DNA from: a virus
Taxonomy: Duplodnaviria > Heunggongvirae > Uroviricota > Caudoviricetes
Direction: 5' to 3' (one strand)
Length of the DNA: 26,501 nt
IMG/VR virus record: IMGVR_UViG_2698536418_000022
Positions 16,477-24,890 of the stretch are shown in pieces. How positions within the stretch are numbered: the first letter of the stretch is position 1; each line of letters starts with the position of its first letter. The position numbers and the translations under genes are program-made. The notes beneath the pieces are model-generated. The model was not told the DNA's origin. It saw only the letters and a list, made by a program, of their open reading frames with translations, and did not search any database.

Positions 16477-19255
16477 TTCCACTGGTCAGGCCACCCCGCA
16501 GCAGGTCTGCTTTGCGGCTGGCGCGTTCAGTGGTTTCACTGATTCTCTGTGCGTGCTCTGCGTCGCGGATGGCGCGCAGCATGTCAGAAAGCACGGTAAC
16601 GGGTGTTTTCATGGTGTTCTGGTCCTGCTGAAGTGTGGATGCCAGGCGTGCGGCGGCTTCAGGGTCTGATGCCCCCAGCTGTGCCAGATAGCTGGCGACC
16701 GGGTTATGGCGGATCTCCGTGCTGCTTACGCCATGATTACGGCTCAGACGCTGCCAGAGCTGCGTGATTCGGCTGTCCGGGCGGGTATCCGGTTTGCGTA
16801 CAATTTCAAATCCCTGCGGTGCAATGATGCTGCCGTCAACGTACAGACTGCCGCCCCGTAACAGGTGCTGCATCTGTTGTTCACCGATATGCAGGCCGAG
16901 AGATTCAGCAGACTCCCGCCATTCTTTAGCGAGTAACTCGTGGTTATCAGGCAAAGGCCGCTGCTGTTTGCGGCTCTGTGTCCAGTTCTGCATTTCATCG
17001 CTGCTGTTTTTTGCCTGTTTGTCACGAAGCGAACGCATCAGCGCCCGGCGTTCGTGCCGTTTCAGTGAGCGCATCCATTCATTTACTTCAACGCCGTCAG
17101 GAAGCTGCGGCCACGGTGCTGGCCGTTCTTCCGGCTGTTCTGTCCCGTTGTTGCCTGTTTCCTGTACACGGGGACAGTTATTGCCACGAGTCCGAGTCCA
17201 AGGGGCGGCAGGGCCGCCCTGAAGGTCAAAACCATTTTCGCGGGCGCTGTCTTCCGCTTCCGGTTTGCGTCTTACCAGCTTCCAGTTATCCGGATGCGTG
17301 CATACGCGGGAAGACTCCCCAATGAGCGGCGACCAGATCCCGTAAATCTGTACGCTCTGTTCACCGTAATCGTTCAGCTCATCTGCGAGGTCGTAGGCGG
17401 TGCGAATCAGGTAGTCTTTGCGTGGAACAAGTACGCCACCCTGTTTCTCAATGTAGGTGGCAAAACATCCGGCATCAGCGGCAGCGAGTACCGCGTCCAT
17501 TGCGTCATCCTTCAGCCGTTGCGGGCCTTCCGGATTGCGTGCCATCTGGCTGGCAAGGCGGCGCAGTTCACGCCACACCTGACGGGAGGGGATGCCAAAG
17601 AACTGGAACTGACGGACCCGGTGAAGGCGCGCCCAGCCGATGGCGCGCTCCACGCTCTCGGCCATTGATTTACCTGTTTCGTGGTCAACGCGTGGCTTGC
17701 CCGTTTTCGGGTCGATGCCATCCACGGCGCGGCTGTCCAGGTTCTTTCCGATGTAGGTGGCGATGTAGCTGGTTGGCGTGCCTTTTGAGCCGTCGACGTA
17801 CTCCGCCTTAAAACGCGGAGTTATGTCATCGCCCAGCTCGTGGCGGTCTTCCTGAATGGCAATATCGCAGACGTGGGACACGATGGTTTCAATCTCGTCC
17901 GGATGTGCAAAGACCATCATATGCCAGTGCACAGTGCCGTCATGGTGAGGCTCCACCGTGCGGATGCCATACCAGCGCAGGCCGTCGCGGTTCAGTTTTT
18001 TGCGGACCGCCGCAAAAAACGTGTTAACCAGGTAATCGCTGGAGTCGCGCATAGTGGCCCCGTTCCATTTGGGATTCGGATGACCGTTCTCCGTTGTTGC
18101 GTGGTATTTTGACGGGCAGGTGACAGTCAGAAACACCGCTCTGTCGCCACGGGCTTCGGCCAGAAGTTCCAGCCCCTTCATGGTGGCCATCATTTCTGCC
18201 TTACGGTGAACCGGGTTACTTACTCCCGCGTAATACACCGTCTCGAGATCAATCGTGAACCCGTCTTCATTTTCCAGCATGAAACTTTTCAGGAAATCGC
18301 GTGTTTTCTCGCGCTGTGCGCGAAACTCGCTTAACGCGTCCTGGCTCAGATAGGGTGATGTTTTTCTGGAAACCAGACAGGCGGCGCGGAGTTGTTCTTC
18401 CCGCCACTCGCAACGTAACAGCCACAGTTTGCGTTTCCACCATTCCGCACAGGTCAGGCGAAGGATTGCGCCCGGCAGCAGCTCCGTGTCCGGTTCGTTC
18501 CTCCGGTCTTTGTCTGTTGTCAGTGCGTCATAATGTGGAGGCATGGCGTGCAGGTGTAACGCCATGCGGGCCAGCATCTGATACGCCTTCAGCGTTACAT
18601 CCATGGTCAGCTCACCATCGGTCGCGCCAAAGCCATCGCAGAGTTTTTCGAAGGTGCTGCTGAACATCGCCGCCGTCATGGTGGCCAGCGTCTGTATCTG
18701 GTGCTTGTTGAGCTGCGGCAGGTAAAGCAAATCATCCAGGCGTTCGCGTCCGGCAAGGGAGCGATAACCCGGTGTCAGCCAGCGGTGGTCGGTGCGGTCC
18801 AGGCGTTCGAATATTTTGCGCAGGGTTCCGCGCGCGTAGCGTTCAGCCTGCCAGCTCTTTTTGCCTTTCTGGCGATCGGCTTCCTGTTTTTTGCGCAGGA
18901 AAGAGAGGTGGCGGCTCAGAGGTTCACGCAGATAAACGGGAAGCACCTTCAGTGTGGCAAAAGCACGGGCCACCGGGTCTTGTTCTGTTGCCTGACGCTT
19001 GCTGATGATGCTTTGTGCCAGCTTTTCACGCTGTCCGGCTTCCTCAAGGGATGCCATGAGTTTTTTACCCACGGTGGATTGTGCGAAAAAGGCTTCCTCC
19101 TTCGCTTCCTGTTCTTCCAGAGCCTTTTTGTCTGCCTCAAGGTAGTAACGGATGGCGCGTTGCAGGTCGGTTTCAGTTTCCTGCCTGTGCTCCGTAAATC
19201 TGGCCGGATCAATGGCTGGCCGTGGTTCATTCCAGCTCCATGCAAACTCATTCAT
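16409..19255 (-). CDS. replication initiation endonuclease (P2 gpA-like rolling-circle initiator)
   Basis: Blocks TLTCPSRFHATT-like, PNPKWNGAT, HHDGTVHWHMMVF, AAADAGCFATYI, GGVLVPRK match recalled P2 gpA. Start placed at ATG 19253-19255 (track start is GTG at 19282). About 190 aa longer than P2 A at the C-terminus. Confidence 0.85.
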   Translation of the reverse strand: MNEFAWSWNEPRPAIDPARFTEHRQETETDLQRAIRYYLEADKKALEEQEAKEEAFFAQSTVGKKLMASLEEAGQREKLAQSIISKRQATEQDPVARAFATLKVLPVYLREPLSRHLSFLRKKQEADRQKGKKSWQAERYARGTLRKIFERLDRTDHRWLTPGYRSLAGRERLDDLLYLPQLNKHQIQTLATMTAAMFSSTFEKLCDGFGATDGELTMDVTLKAYQMLARMALHLHAMPPHYDALTTDKDRRNEPDTELLPGAILRLTCAEWWKRKLWLLRCEWREEQLRAACLVSRKTSPYLSQDALSEFRAQREKTRDFLKSFMLENEDGFTIDLETVYYAGVSNPVHRKAEMMATMKGLELLAEARGDRAVFLTVTCPSKYHATTENGHPNPKWNGATMRDSSDYLVNTFFAAVRKKLNRDGLRWYGIRTVEPHHDGTVHWHMMVFAHPDEIETIVSHVCDIAIQEDRHELGDDITPRFKAEYVDGSKGTPTSYIATYIGKNLDSRAVDGIDPKTGKPRVDHETGKSMAESVERAIGWARLHRVRQFQFFGIPSRQVWRELRRLASQMARNPEGPQRLKDDAMDAVLAAADAGCFATYIEKQGGVLVPRKDYLIRTAYDLADELNDYGEQSVQIYGIWSPLIGESSRVCTHPDNWKLVRRKPEAEDSARENGFDLQGGPAAPWTRTRGNNCPRVQETGNNGTEQPEERPAPWPQLPDGVEVNEWMRSLKRHERRALMRSLRDKQAKNSSDEMQNWTQSRKQQRPLPDNHELLAKEWRESAESLGLHIGEQQMQHLLRGGSLYVDGSIIAPQGFEIVRKPDTRPDSRITQLWQRLSRNHGVSSTEIRHNPVASYLAQLGASDPEAAARLASTLQQDQNTMKTPVTVLSDMLRAIRDAEHAQRISETTERASRKADLLRGGLTSGNKKQTETGLTNPVNEQKTRSDI

Positions 19256-19641
19256 GGCTGGTATCCCGTCACGCGCTGCCACTCCTGCGAGAAGAGGGCA
19301 GAAAGGCGGTTAAATTCAGCGGTGTATTCACTCAGCGAGGCACACCCGCCAGCAGTGCGATGCGCCAGCATTGCCGCAAATACGGAGGCCGGGGAGTCGT
19401 AATACGCCAGCAGTGATTCTCCGTGTGGTGTCAGGCAGTGCAACGCCAGCCCGTGTGGTGTGAAGTCCACGCGGTAGCAGTCGTCTACTGTGAAATAAAG
19501 GGTGTCTGCATTCTCCGGTTTTGTGGTGCGTGCTCTGTTGTCACGACCACGGATGTAGAGATCAAATAATCCCTGAAGAACGGGAGCCAGACGGGTGTCC
19601 TGTGTGCGCACCCATCTTGTGAAGTCATGAGCGTCAATCAT
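19252..19641 (-). CDS. hypothetical early-operon protein (129 aa)
   Basis: ATG at 19639-19641; stop overlaps the A start by 4 nt (translational coupling). Confidence 0.5.
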   Translation of the reverse strand: MIDAHDFTRWVRTQDTRLAPVLQGLFDLYIRGRDNRARTTKPENADTLYFTVDDCYRVDFTPHGLALHCLTPHGESLLAYYDSPASVFAAMLAHRTAGGCASLSEYTAEFNRLSALFSQEWQRVTGYQP

Positions 19642-19713
19642 GCTGCAATTCTCTTTACTACAGATGTGCGAAGGCCTCCCGCCGCAAGGTGCAGGAAAGG
19701 CCCGGAACAGGAA

Positions 19714-19944
19714 TTAATGGGGTTTGTTTTGCTGCTCGATGAGCTGCTGAAGCTCGCGCAGATCATCCGCCAGATAGCTAAATACTGCGGCGGAGTAGGC
19801 GTTTGACAGCACGTGGCTGTGCTCATGTGACATGTTGATGAACATGATACGAGCGACGCGTGATGCGCGGTAAAGTCTGCGGTTGATTTCAGTCTGGATG
19901 TGACGACGCGCAGCGTATGCGCGCTGTTGTTTGCGGTTTGCCAT
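19714..19944 (-). CDS. hypothetical small basic protein (76 aa)
   Basis: ATG at 19942-19944; same strand and operon context as A. Confidence 0.5.
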   Translation of the reverse strand: MANRKQQRAYAARRHIQTEINRRLYRASRVARIMFINMSHEHSHVLSNAYSAAVFSYLADDLRELQQLIEQQNKPH

Positions 19945-20121
19945 GGGGTGGCCTCTTTGGTTGTAAGTTTTGAAAACTCACCATCCAGAGGTGGAAAACT
20001 CGGGGTGGTGAGACGTACAGGGTTTCCACAACCGGCAACCAAAGAACCCGGCCCGACCGAAGTCGGCCCTGTACGCCCCACCATAATTCGTGTGCGAAAA
20101 AGACGTGGCGATACGGTACGC

Positions 20122-20144
20122 ACAAAAAAACCGCTGGCGCGGTT
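20122..20144 (-). terminator. rho-independent terminator (minus strand) within the early operon
   Basis: On the minus strand: stem AACCGC / GCGGTT with a 4 nt loop, followed by TTTTTTT. Confidence 0.6.
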
Positions 20145-20266
20145 GTGCGCTTTGGTTGTCAGCGGGGTGGAAATCCCGGCACCCGTTTTATGAGGTGCAG
20201 CGGAAATGTAACCTGACTGATTGCGGCATGGCAAGCGGTTTTTTTGTGTGTGCATGTTCTGGTTTC

Positions 20267-20566
20267 TTACTGGTTCAGAAAAAAATCAAAAACCTTGTCA
20301 ATGCGTTGCAGCAGCTCTTGCTGTATTGCTTCCGGCGTTTCCGGTTCGCCCGGCGCCTCCAACGTCGCGCAGAAATCAGCGATTTCATGATGGAGCGTCA
20401 GGCGAATGGCAGGAGCCGTGGTTCTGGCGTGCTCCAGCTCATTCAGCAGTGCCAGCACAGCAGACGGCGAGAGCATTGCGCGAAATGCCAGTAATTTTTG
20501 AGGCGTTGCCATTCGTTGCAGGGCAAATGCCAGTTCGCGTAGCTTCTGGTGGTTGATGGTGCTCAT
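20267..20566 (-). CDS. hypothetical protein (99 aa)
   Basis: ATG at 20564-20566, ATGA overlap with the upstream gene stop. Confidence 0.5.
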   Translation of the reverse strand: MSTINHQKLRELAFALQRMATPQKLLAFRAMLSPSAVLALLNELEHARTTAPAIRLTLHHEIADFCATLEAPGEPETPEAIQQELLQRIDKVFDFFLNQ

Positions 20567-20829
20567 GCTCTGGCTTCCTTCAGTAGCTGGTTAAACATGT
20601 GAGTAAGTGGATTGCTACACCCGAACGGCATCGGGTTTACGTGGTAAGAAGCCTGGCCTCCTGTTTTGCGAGCGCGACCACCTGTGCTGCGGTTTGTTCT
20701 GATGACTAAGCCGCCGCGCCAAAGTCGGCGTAACTCAGCATTAATGGCTGTGGTTGGGGTATTCAGTGCTGCGGCGATCTCTCCGCCGCTACACCCCGGA
20801 TGAGTAGCGATGTAGTCCAGAATGATCAT
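20563..20829 (-). CDS. small DNA-binding protein, probable winged-helix regulator (88 aa)
   Basis: ATG at 20827-20829. Helix-turn-helix-like segment GGEIAAALNTPTTAINAELRRL followed by a basic, glycine-rich wing. Confidence 0.5.
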   Translation of the reverse strand: MIILDYIATHPGCSGGEIAAALNTPTTAINAELRRLWRGGLVIRTNRSTGGRARKTGGQASYHVNPMPFGCSNPLTHMFNQLLKEARA

Positions 20830-21029
20830 CTGCGTGGCTCCTGTACCTGTCGGATAAGATTTACTCGCGCCACGTTGGTGGCGCAGAAGTAAGTGCCGTC
20901 AGTGAGGTAGATGTGGTGTGCATCCTTTTCCGAACGATGTTTGTCGATAGTGGTAATCAGGCGTTCGTCGACCTCGTATTCGCGCCCTCTGGAGGTAAAG
21001 CGAACGACGGGAAAATGCTTAATTGCCAT
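20826..21029 (-). CDS. hypothetical small protein (67 aa)
   Basis: ATG at 21027-21029 with AAGGGGG RBS. Confidence 0.5.
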   Translation of the reverse strand: MAIKHFPVVRFTSRGREYEVDERLITTIDKHRSEKDAHHIYLTDGTYFCATNVARVNLIRQVQEPRR

Positions 21030-21052
21030 TGCGCCCCCTTTGTCCAGTAACC

Positions 21053-21469
21053 CTATGCGTTAAATACGGCACGTTGCGCGTCATCAATGAATACAGCTTG
21101 AGAGCGTTCTATCAGGCGGAGATTTGTCAGAAGCTCTGACTCTTTTGTGTGGTAAGGCGTTATCAGGTATTTGCCGTGCAGTTCGGCAATAATGGTGTAT
21201 TGCGTCATTATTGCCGAACCAAGAATGTAAATGCGGCGTCCAATGCTGGACGGATTCATGGCTGCAACTGTTGACTGTGTTTTAAGAGTATCGATTTCTT
21301 TGCCCTGTTCCTCAATAATTTTGGCTGCGTCAGCGGTGATTTTTGCAATGGTCAGTGCGTGAAGTGCTGCCATATGTTGGCTACGCTTCACGGCATCTTT
21401 AGCCATTTCATCTTCCGCTTCTGATATTTTTTTTAATGTGTCGATAATGCCTTCTTCTTTTGCTTTCAT
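21053..21469 (-). CDS. hypothetical protein with N-terminal coiled coil (138 aa)
   Basis: ATG at 21467-21469 with GGAG RBS; preceded by a ~90 bp AT-rich gap. Confidence 0.5.
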   Translation of the reverse strand: MKAKEEGIIDTLKKISEAEDEMAKDAVKRSQHMAALHALTIAKITADAAKIIEEQGKEIDTLKTQSTVAAMNPSSIGRRIYILGSAIMTQYTIIAELHGKYLITPYHTKESELLTNLRLIERSQAVFIDDAQRAVFNA

Positions 21470-21561
21470 TTTATATCTCCGTTATTTACGCGTGCGAATA
21501 CCTCCATTAATACGGATGGTTTTCACGTTTTCTTATTTAATTTGATGTTTTATTTGTATCG

Positions 21562-21675
21562 TTATTCATCAGAGAAAAAACGCTCGATCTTTTTCACTGA
21601 ATTAATAATTCGCATAATCCCAATGGCGCAGACCACCGAAATAATCAGAACAAGCCATGAGATAAATATACTCAT
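21562..21675 (-). CDS. 37-aa small hydrophobic membrane peptide (MSIFISWLVLIISVVCAIGIMRIINSVKKIERFFSDE)
   Basis: Below the ORF-track size cut-off; found by hand translation. ATG at 21673-21675 in an ATGA overlap with the stop of the upstream gene. One predicted TM helix then a basic C-terminal tail. Confidence 0.4.
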   Translation of the reverse strand: MSIFISWLVLIISVVCAIGIMRIINSVKKIERFFSDE

Positions 21676-21914
21676 GCGATATTTCCCAGCTTATACGGTT
21701 CAATATGTTCCCCGCATTCTGCGGCACAGATCAGCTCGGAAAGTTCGTTAAGTGCATCCAGATCATCAGCGTAAAAAGCCACGTCATACAGACTTCGGAT
21801 TGCTCTGGTCAATGAGTCACGGGCCGCACGTTCAGCATGAGCGCCTGATGCACTTAAGCGAAAATAAAAACGCTCAAGTGCTTTGTTAATGAGAGTTTTA
21901 TATTCTTTGCCCAT
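21672..21914 (-). CDS. hypothetical protein (80 aa)
   Basis: ATG at 21912-21914 (track start is a GTG one codon upstream). Confidence 0.5.
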   Translation of the reverse strand: MGKEYKTLINKALERFYFRLSASGAHAERAARDSLTRAIRSLYDVAFYADDLDALNELSELICAAECGEHIEPYKLGNIA

Positions 21915-21925
21915 CACAACGCCCT

Positions 21926-22213
21926 TTAATCTGCTTTCTGTATTTCAGCTTCTGAATCCATACAAATAATTTCGATATAGGGTTCATCGGCATTAACCTG
22001 GCGTGCCTTTTCAGCTTCGCTAATGATTTCTCGTACGGTCTGGTACGGAAGTTCCACAAGCAGTCGCGTGCCGTTCAGATAAACGTAAGTGGCTTCGTCG
22101 GTTCCGTTTTTACCCGCCGGAGTCACTCCGTCAATAGCGGATGCACGTAATAACAGTTCACCGCGAAAATCAATAAAACGGATAAATACACCTTGTGCAT
22201 GGTCTTTGGTCAT
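21926..22213 (-). CDS. hypothetical protein (95 aa from the internal ATG)
   Basis: Start placed at ATG 22211-22213; the track start at 22327 would overlap the upstream gene by about 100 nt. Confidence 0.45.
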   Translation of the reverse strand: MTKDHAQGVFIRFIDFRGELLLRASAIDGVTPAGKNGTDEATYVYLNGTRLLVELPYQTVREIISEAEKARQVNADEPYIEIICMDSEAEIQKAD

Positions 22214-22223
22214 AAAGCGCCTG

Positions 22224-22562
22224 TTATAAATCAGCCTGTTTAATAAAACTTTGCCCGCGAAGCAGACGATCAACCGTGCGAAGTGCTTCGTATAATGTGA
22301 AATCCTGCCCGAACTGATTGTCGCCACAGCTCAATGCAAAAATGCGGTTTCCGGTAAACGGATTGCGTGGGCATTTGTGGATCACGATTCCAGCTTTCTC
22401 AATCAGCCAGGCGTGCTCGCCGATTTGTTTTACTGGGTAGCCATCCGGCGTTGCGTGTGTATCACTCAGGCTGTAGCGGATGTTGCTGCGTGATGCACTG
22501 GTAGTGAAACGGTTAGCGTGGCGTTCTGTTCCGGTACGAAAATTACGGCGTTGCTTCAGCAT
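22224..22562 (-). CDS. hypothetical early protein (112 aa), second gene of the early operon
   Basis: ATG at 22560-22562, 15 nt after the cox-like stop. Confidence 0.5.
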   Translation of the reverse strand: MLKQRRNFRTGTERHANRFTTSASRSNIRYSLSDTHATPDGYPVKQIGEHAWLIEKAGIVIHKCPRNPFTGNRIFALSCGDNQFGQDFTLYEALRTVDRLLRGQSFIKQADL

Positions 22563-22576
22563 AAAATGACACCTCG

Positions 22577-22855
22577 TTATTTTGTCATCTGCACGTATTT
22601 TTCTGCGCTCCTGATTGTTTTCAGGAAAAGAGCGAAGAGATTTACTGTGCGTCTTGAGTTCTTTTCATCCTGGTTGATGGGAATTGAACCTCTGTCAGCC
22701 TGTCTTTTCACTGTGTTAACAGCTTGGTTGGTACGCTTTGCGTAATCTTTCAGGCTTTCTTCAAGTACTGGTAACCCATGCTCATCGCGGTAGGGATAGA
22801 ACGCTGCTAAACGCTCAAAGTCTGCCTGTTCGTGTGTGTTCAGGACTTTTGCCAT
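22577..22855 (-). CDS. Cox/Apl-like small excisionase/early regulator (first gene of the lytic operon)
   Basis: 92 aa, ATG at 22853-22855, divergent from the repressor gene across an operator region. Assigned by position and size, not by clear sequence similarity. Confidence 0.5.
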   Translation of the reverse strand: MAKVLNTHEQADFERLAAFYPYRDEHGLPVLEESLKDYAKRTNQAVNTVKRQADRGSIPINQDEKNSRRTVNLFALFLKTIRSAEKYVQMTK

Positions 22856-22894
22856 GTGTGATAACCTGCGCTATCTGTGGTTGTTTGTGACTTG

Positions 22895-22940
22895 GTGTAC
22901 TTATAAGTACACCTTGTGCGCAAGCTTAGTGTACTTATAG
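22895..22940. promoter_or_regulatory. immunity operator: perfect 18 bp palindrome GTGTACTTATAAGTACAC plus a third half-site copy GTGTACTTATAG
   Basis: Palindrome at 22895-22912 and direct repeat of the half-site at 22929-22940, in the 96 bp gap between divergent cox-like and C genes. Confidence 0.7.
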
Positions 22941-22951
22941 GAACACTGTCA

Positions 22952-23260
22952 ATGCTTATCGGTGAAAAAATTAGAGTGATTCGTGAATCAGAGGATTTAA
23001 CGCGCGAAGAATTTTGCGGCCTGATTGATGTGCCTATCGGCACTTTGCGTCGTTATGAAACGGGGCGGATTGAAAACATAGGGGGCGAAGTGCTTATCAA
23101 GATTGTTAATCACCCTCGCTTTTTTAAGTACATGAATTGGCTTATGACGGGAAAAACAAATGAGGCTGCTGGGCAGATCAGTCCGTCTCTCTCCCCTGAT
23201 GGGCCAAAAAGCACATCGCCTTCTCAAAAACCCCGCAAGACTGGCACACAGCCCGGCTAA
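22952..23260 (+). CDS. immunity repressor (P2 C-like)
   Basis: Start placed at ATG 22952 (MLIGEKIRVIRESEDLTREEF...). HTH plus FFKYMNWLMTGK...AAGQISPSL resembles recalled P2 C (FTKYTLWFMT...ESGQIAPAL). Confidence 0.8.
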   Translation: MLIGEKIRVIRESEDLTREEFCGLIDVPIGTLRRYETGRIENIGGEVLIKIVNHPRFFKYMNWLMTGKTNEAAGQISPSLSPDGPKSTSPSQKPRKTGTQPG

Positions 23261-23309
23261 TCATGGAGCGCTGGGGGCATGGTGGTCTTGTAACGCTGGG
23301 GTTTCACGA

Positions 23310-24287
23310 ATGAGCATAAAATCAATTCCGGGAGGGTATCTTCTTGACATGCGCCCTGAGGGGCGTAAAGGCAAACGCATTCGCAAAAAATTTAAAACGA
23401 AATCGGATGCAGTTTTATATGAGCGGTGGGTGCTGGCGCAACAGCATAACAATGAGTGGAAAGGAAACTCTATTGATCGCCGTCCTCTGTCAGTGCTTAT
23501 TGACTTGTGGTGGAAATACCACGGCCAGCTAATGAAGTCAGGGCATAACACGCGCCTTAAATTGCTGCGCTTGAGTGAGGCAATGGATGACCCGTGCGTG
23601 CATAAACTTAATACAACAATGCTCACCGAGCTACGTGTGTCCAGGATAGAGCAGGGGATACAGCCCAGCACCATAAATCGAGAGATTGGGGCGTTAAGCG
23701 CGATGTTTACCGCACTCATCTCATCCGGCCATTTTCTTAATGATAACCCCGTTCAAGGCCTTAAAGGAATGAAGGTTAACGAGCGTGAAATGGGATATCT
23801 GAGTAAGTCTGAATGTGTTCAGTTGCTGGATGCACTGGCTGAAAATCCCGATGAACGGCTGGCTGTCGAAATCCTTCTGTCGACCGGGGCGCGATGGGGC
23901 GAGGTAGCGGCACTGGAGCAGCGCCGTGTTCTTCATTGTCGAATCACTTTTTCAAAAACGAAGAACAGCAAAAACCGTACCGTTCCTATTTCTGAAAGCC
24001 TGTTTGAAAAGATCAAAAAACGGGGCGGGAAACTGGTGTTTCCGACGCTGGATTATCCATTGGTTCGCGATGTCATCAAAACGGTCGCACCTGATGTTCC
24101 CGACGGCCAGGCTGTTCATGCGCTGCGCCACACCTTCGCCAGTCATTTCATGATGAACGGCGGCAATATTCTGACGCTCCAGAAAATTCTGGGGCACGCA
24201 AAGATTCAGACAACGATGATTTATGCCCATCTTGCGCCGGATTACTTGCAGGATGCGGTGAGGTTTAATCCCTTGGGAGGAATGTAA
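23310..24287 (+). CDS. int: tyrosine integrase (P2 Int-like)
   Basis: Start placed at ATG 23310 (MSIKSIPGGYLLDMRPEGRKGKRIRKKF...), matching recalled P2 Int. Catalytic-region motifs LSTGARWGE, HALRHTFASHF, LGH...IYAH present. Confidence 0.9.
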   Translation: MSIKSIPGGYLLDMRPEGRKGKRIRKKFKTKSDAVLYERWVLAQQHNNEWKGNSIDRRPLSVLIDLWWKYHGQLMKSGHNTRLKLLRLSEAMDDPCVHKLNTTMLTELRVSRIEQGIQPSTINREIGALSAMFTALISSGHFLNDNPVQGLKGMKVNEREMGYLSKSECVQLLDALAENPDERLAVEILLSTGARWGEVAALEQRRVLHCRITFSKTKNSKNRTVPISESLFEKIKKRGGKLVFPTLDYPLVRDVIKTVAPDVPDGQAVHALRHTFASHFMMNGGNILTLQKILGHAKIQTTMIYAHLAPDYLQDAVRFNPLGGM

Positions 24288-24289
24288 CT

Positions 24290-24790
24290 ATGGAAATAAA
24301 AAAACCTACAAAAAAAGAGTTATATGACTATTTACTATCGAAATATATAGAAGATAAATGCAAAGAAGAAGCTGATGAAATCAATAAGAAGTCGATGAGT
24401 CGTGTCAAAAAACATAAAGAGCGGCTGATGGAGATTACGCCAGAAATCTTCTTCCGTTTCTTGTCTGAGAAGGGGGTCTCCAGTGTCTGCCCTTCATGTG
24501 GATCGTCGCGATTATCTATTCCTGAAAGTATGGATCTTTGTTGGGATAAAAATAAGAAACCAGAAAATTTTAACAATCTACCCTTGGAGGAGCAGAGTGA
24601 GTTAATTAAAGAGAACATAAAGCATTATGTATCTTATACTTTTTTTGGTGATGTTAAGAGCATACCTGATATGCGCAAAACTTATTACACGCTGCATTGC
24701 CTGAATTGTGGTTACCTGAGCCTTTACCGTACGTCTGCGGTGCTGAAGTGGTTGGAGAAAGACAAAGCGCAGGATGGTGAAAATGGGTAA
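24290..24790 (+). CDS. hypothetical protein with a four-cysteine zinc-ribbon-like signature (166 aa), AT-rich cargo
   Basis: ATG at 24290, 2 nt after the int stop, with GGGAGG RBS. CPSCG and CLNCG pairs; lysine/glutamate-rich; AT-rich compared with the phage backbone by eye. Confidence 0.6.
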   Translation: MEIKKPTKKELYDYLLSKYIEDKCKEEADEINKKSMSRVKKHKERLMEITPEIFFRFLSEKGVSSVCPSCGSSRLSIPESMDLCWDKNKKPENFNNLPLEEQSELIKENIKHYVSYTFFGDVKSIPDMRKTYYTLHCLNCGYLSLYRTSAVLKWLEKDKAQDGENG

Positions 24791-24890
24791 TGCAGCAAGA
24801 AACCTTTTCGGTAATTCAGCAGGTAGTATGTCGCATTCTGAGCGTGATGTGCTTTATCATGGCGGCGATGGCGGCAGTAGTGGAGGCGGA

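Noticed and set aside
18701-19402. 233-aa plus-strand ORF inside replication gene A
   Set aside because: Antisense shadow ORF; gene A identity on the minus strand is strong.
19638-20255. 205-aa minus-strand ORF spanning the structured intergenic region and the 76-aa gene in another frame
   Set aside because: Overlaps a better-supported small gene and a terminator; proline/serine/threonine-rich low-complexity translation.
19945-20266. tRNA gene at the structured early-operon gap
   Set aside because: The stems do not fit acceptor/D/anticodon/T-arm geometry, and no GTTCRANYC T-loop motif or CCA end is present.
23160-23309. N-terminal 50-codon extension of the integrase in the track ORF
   Set aside because: Recalled P2 Int aligns from MSIKSIPGGY at 23310, and the extension overlaps the repressor gene 3' end.
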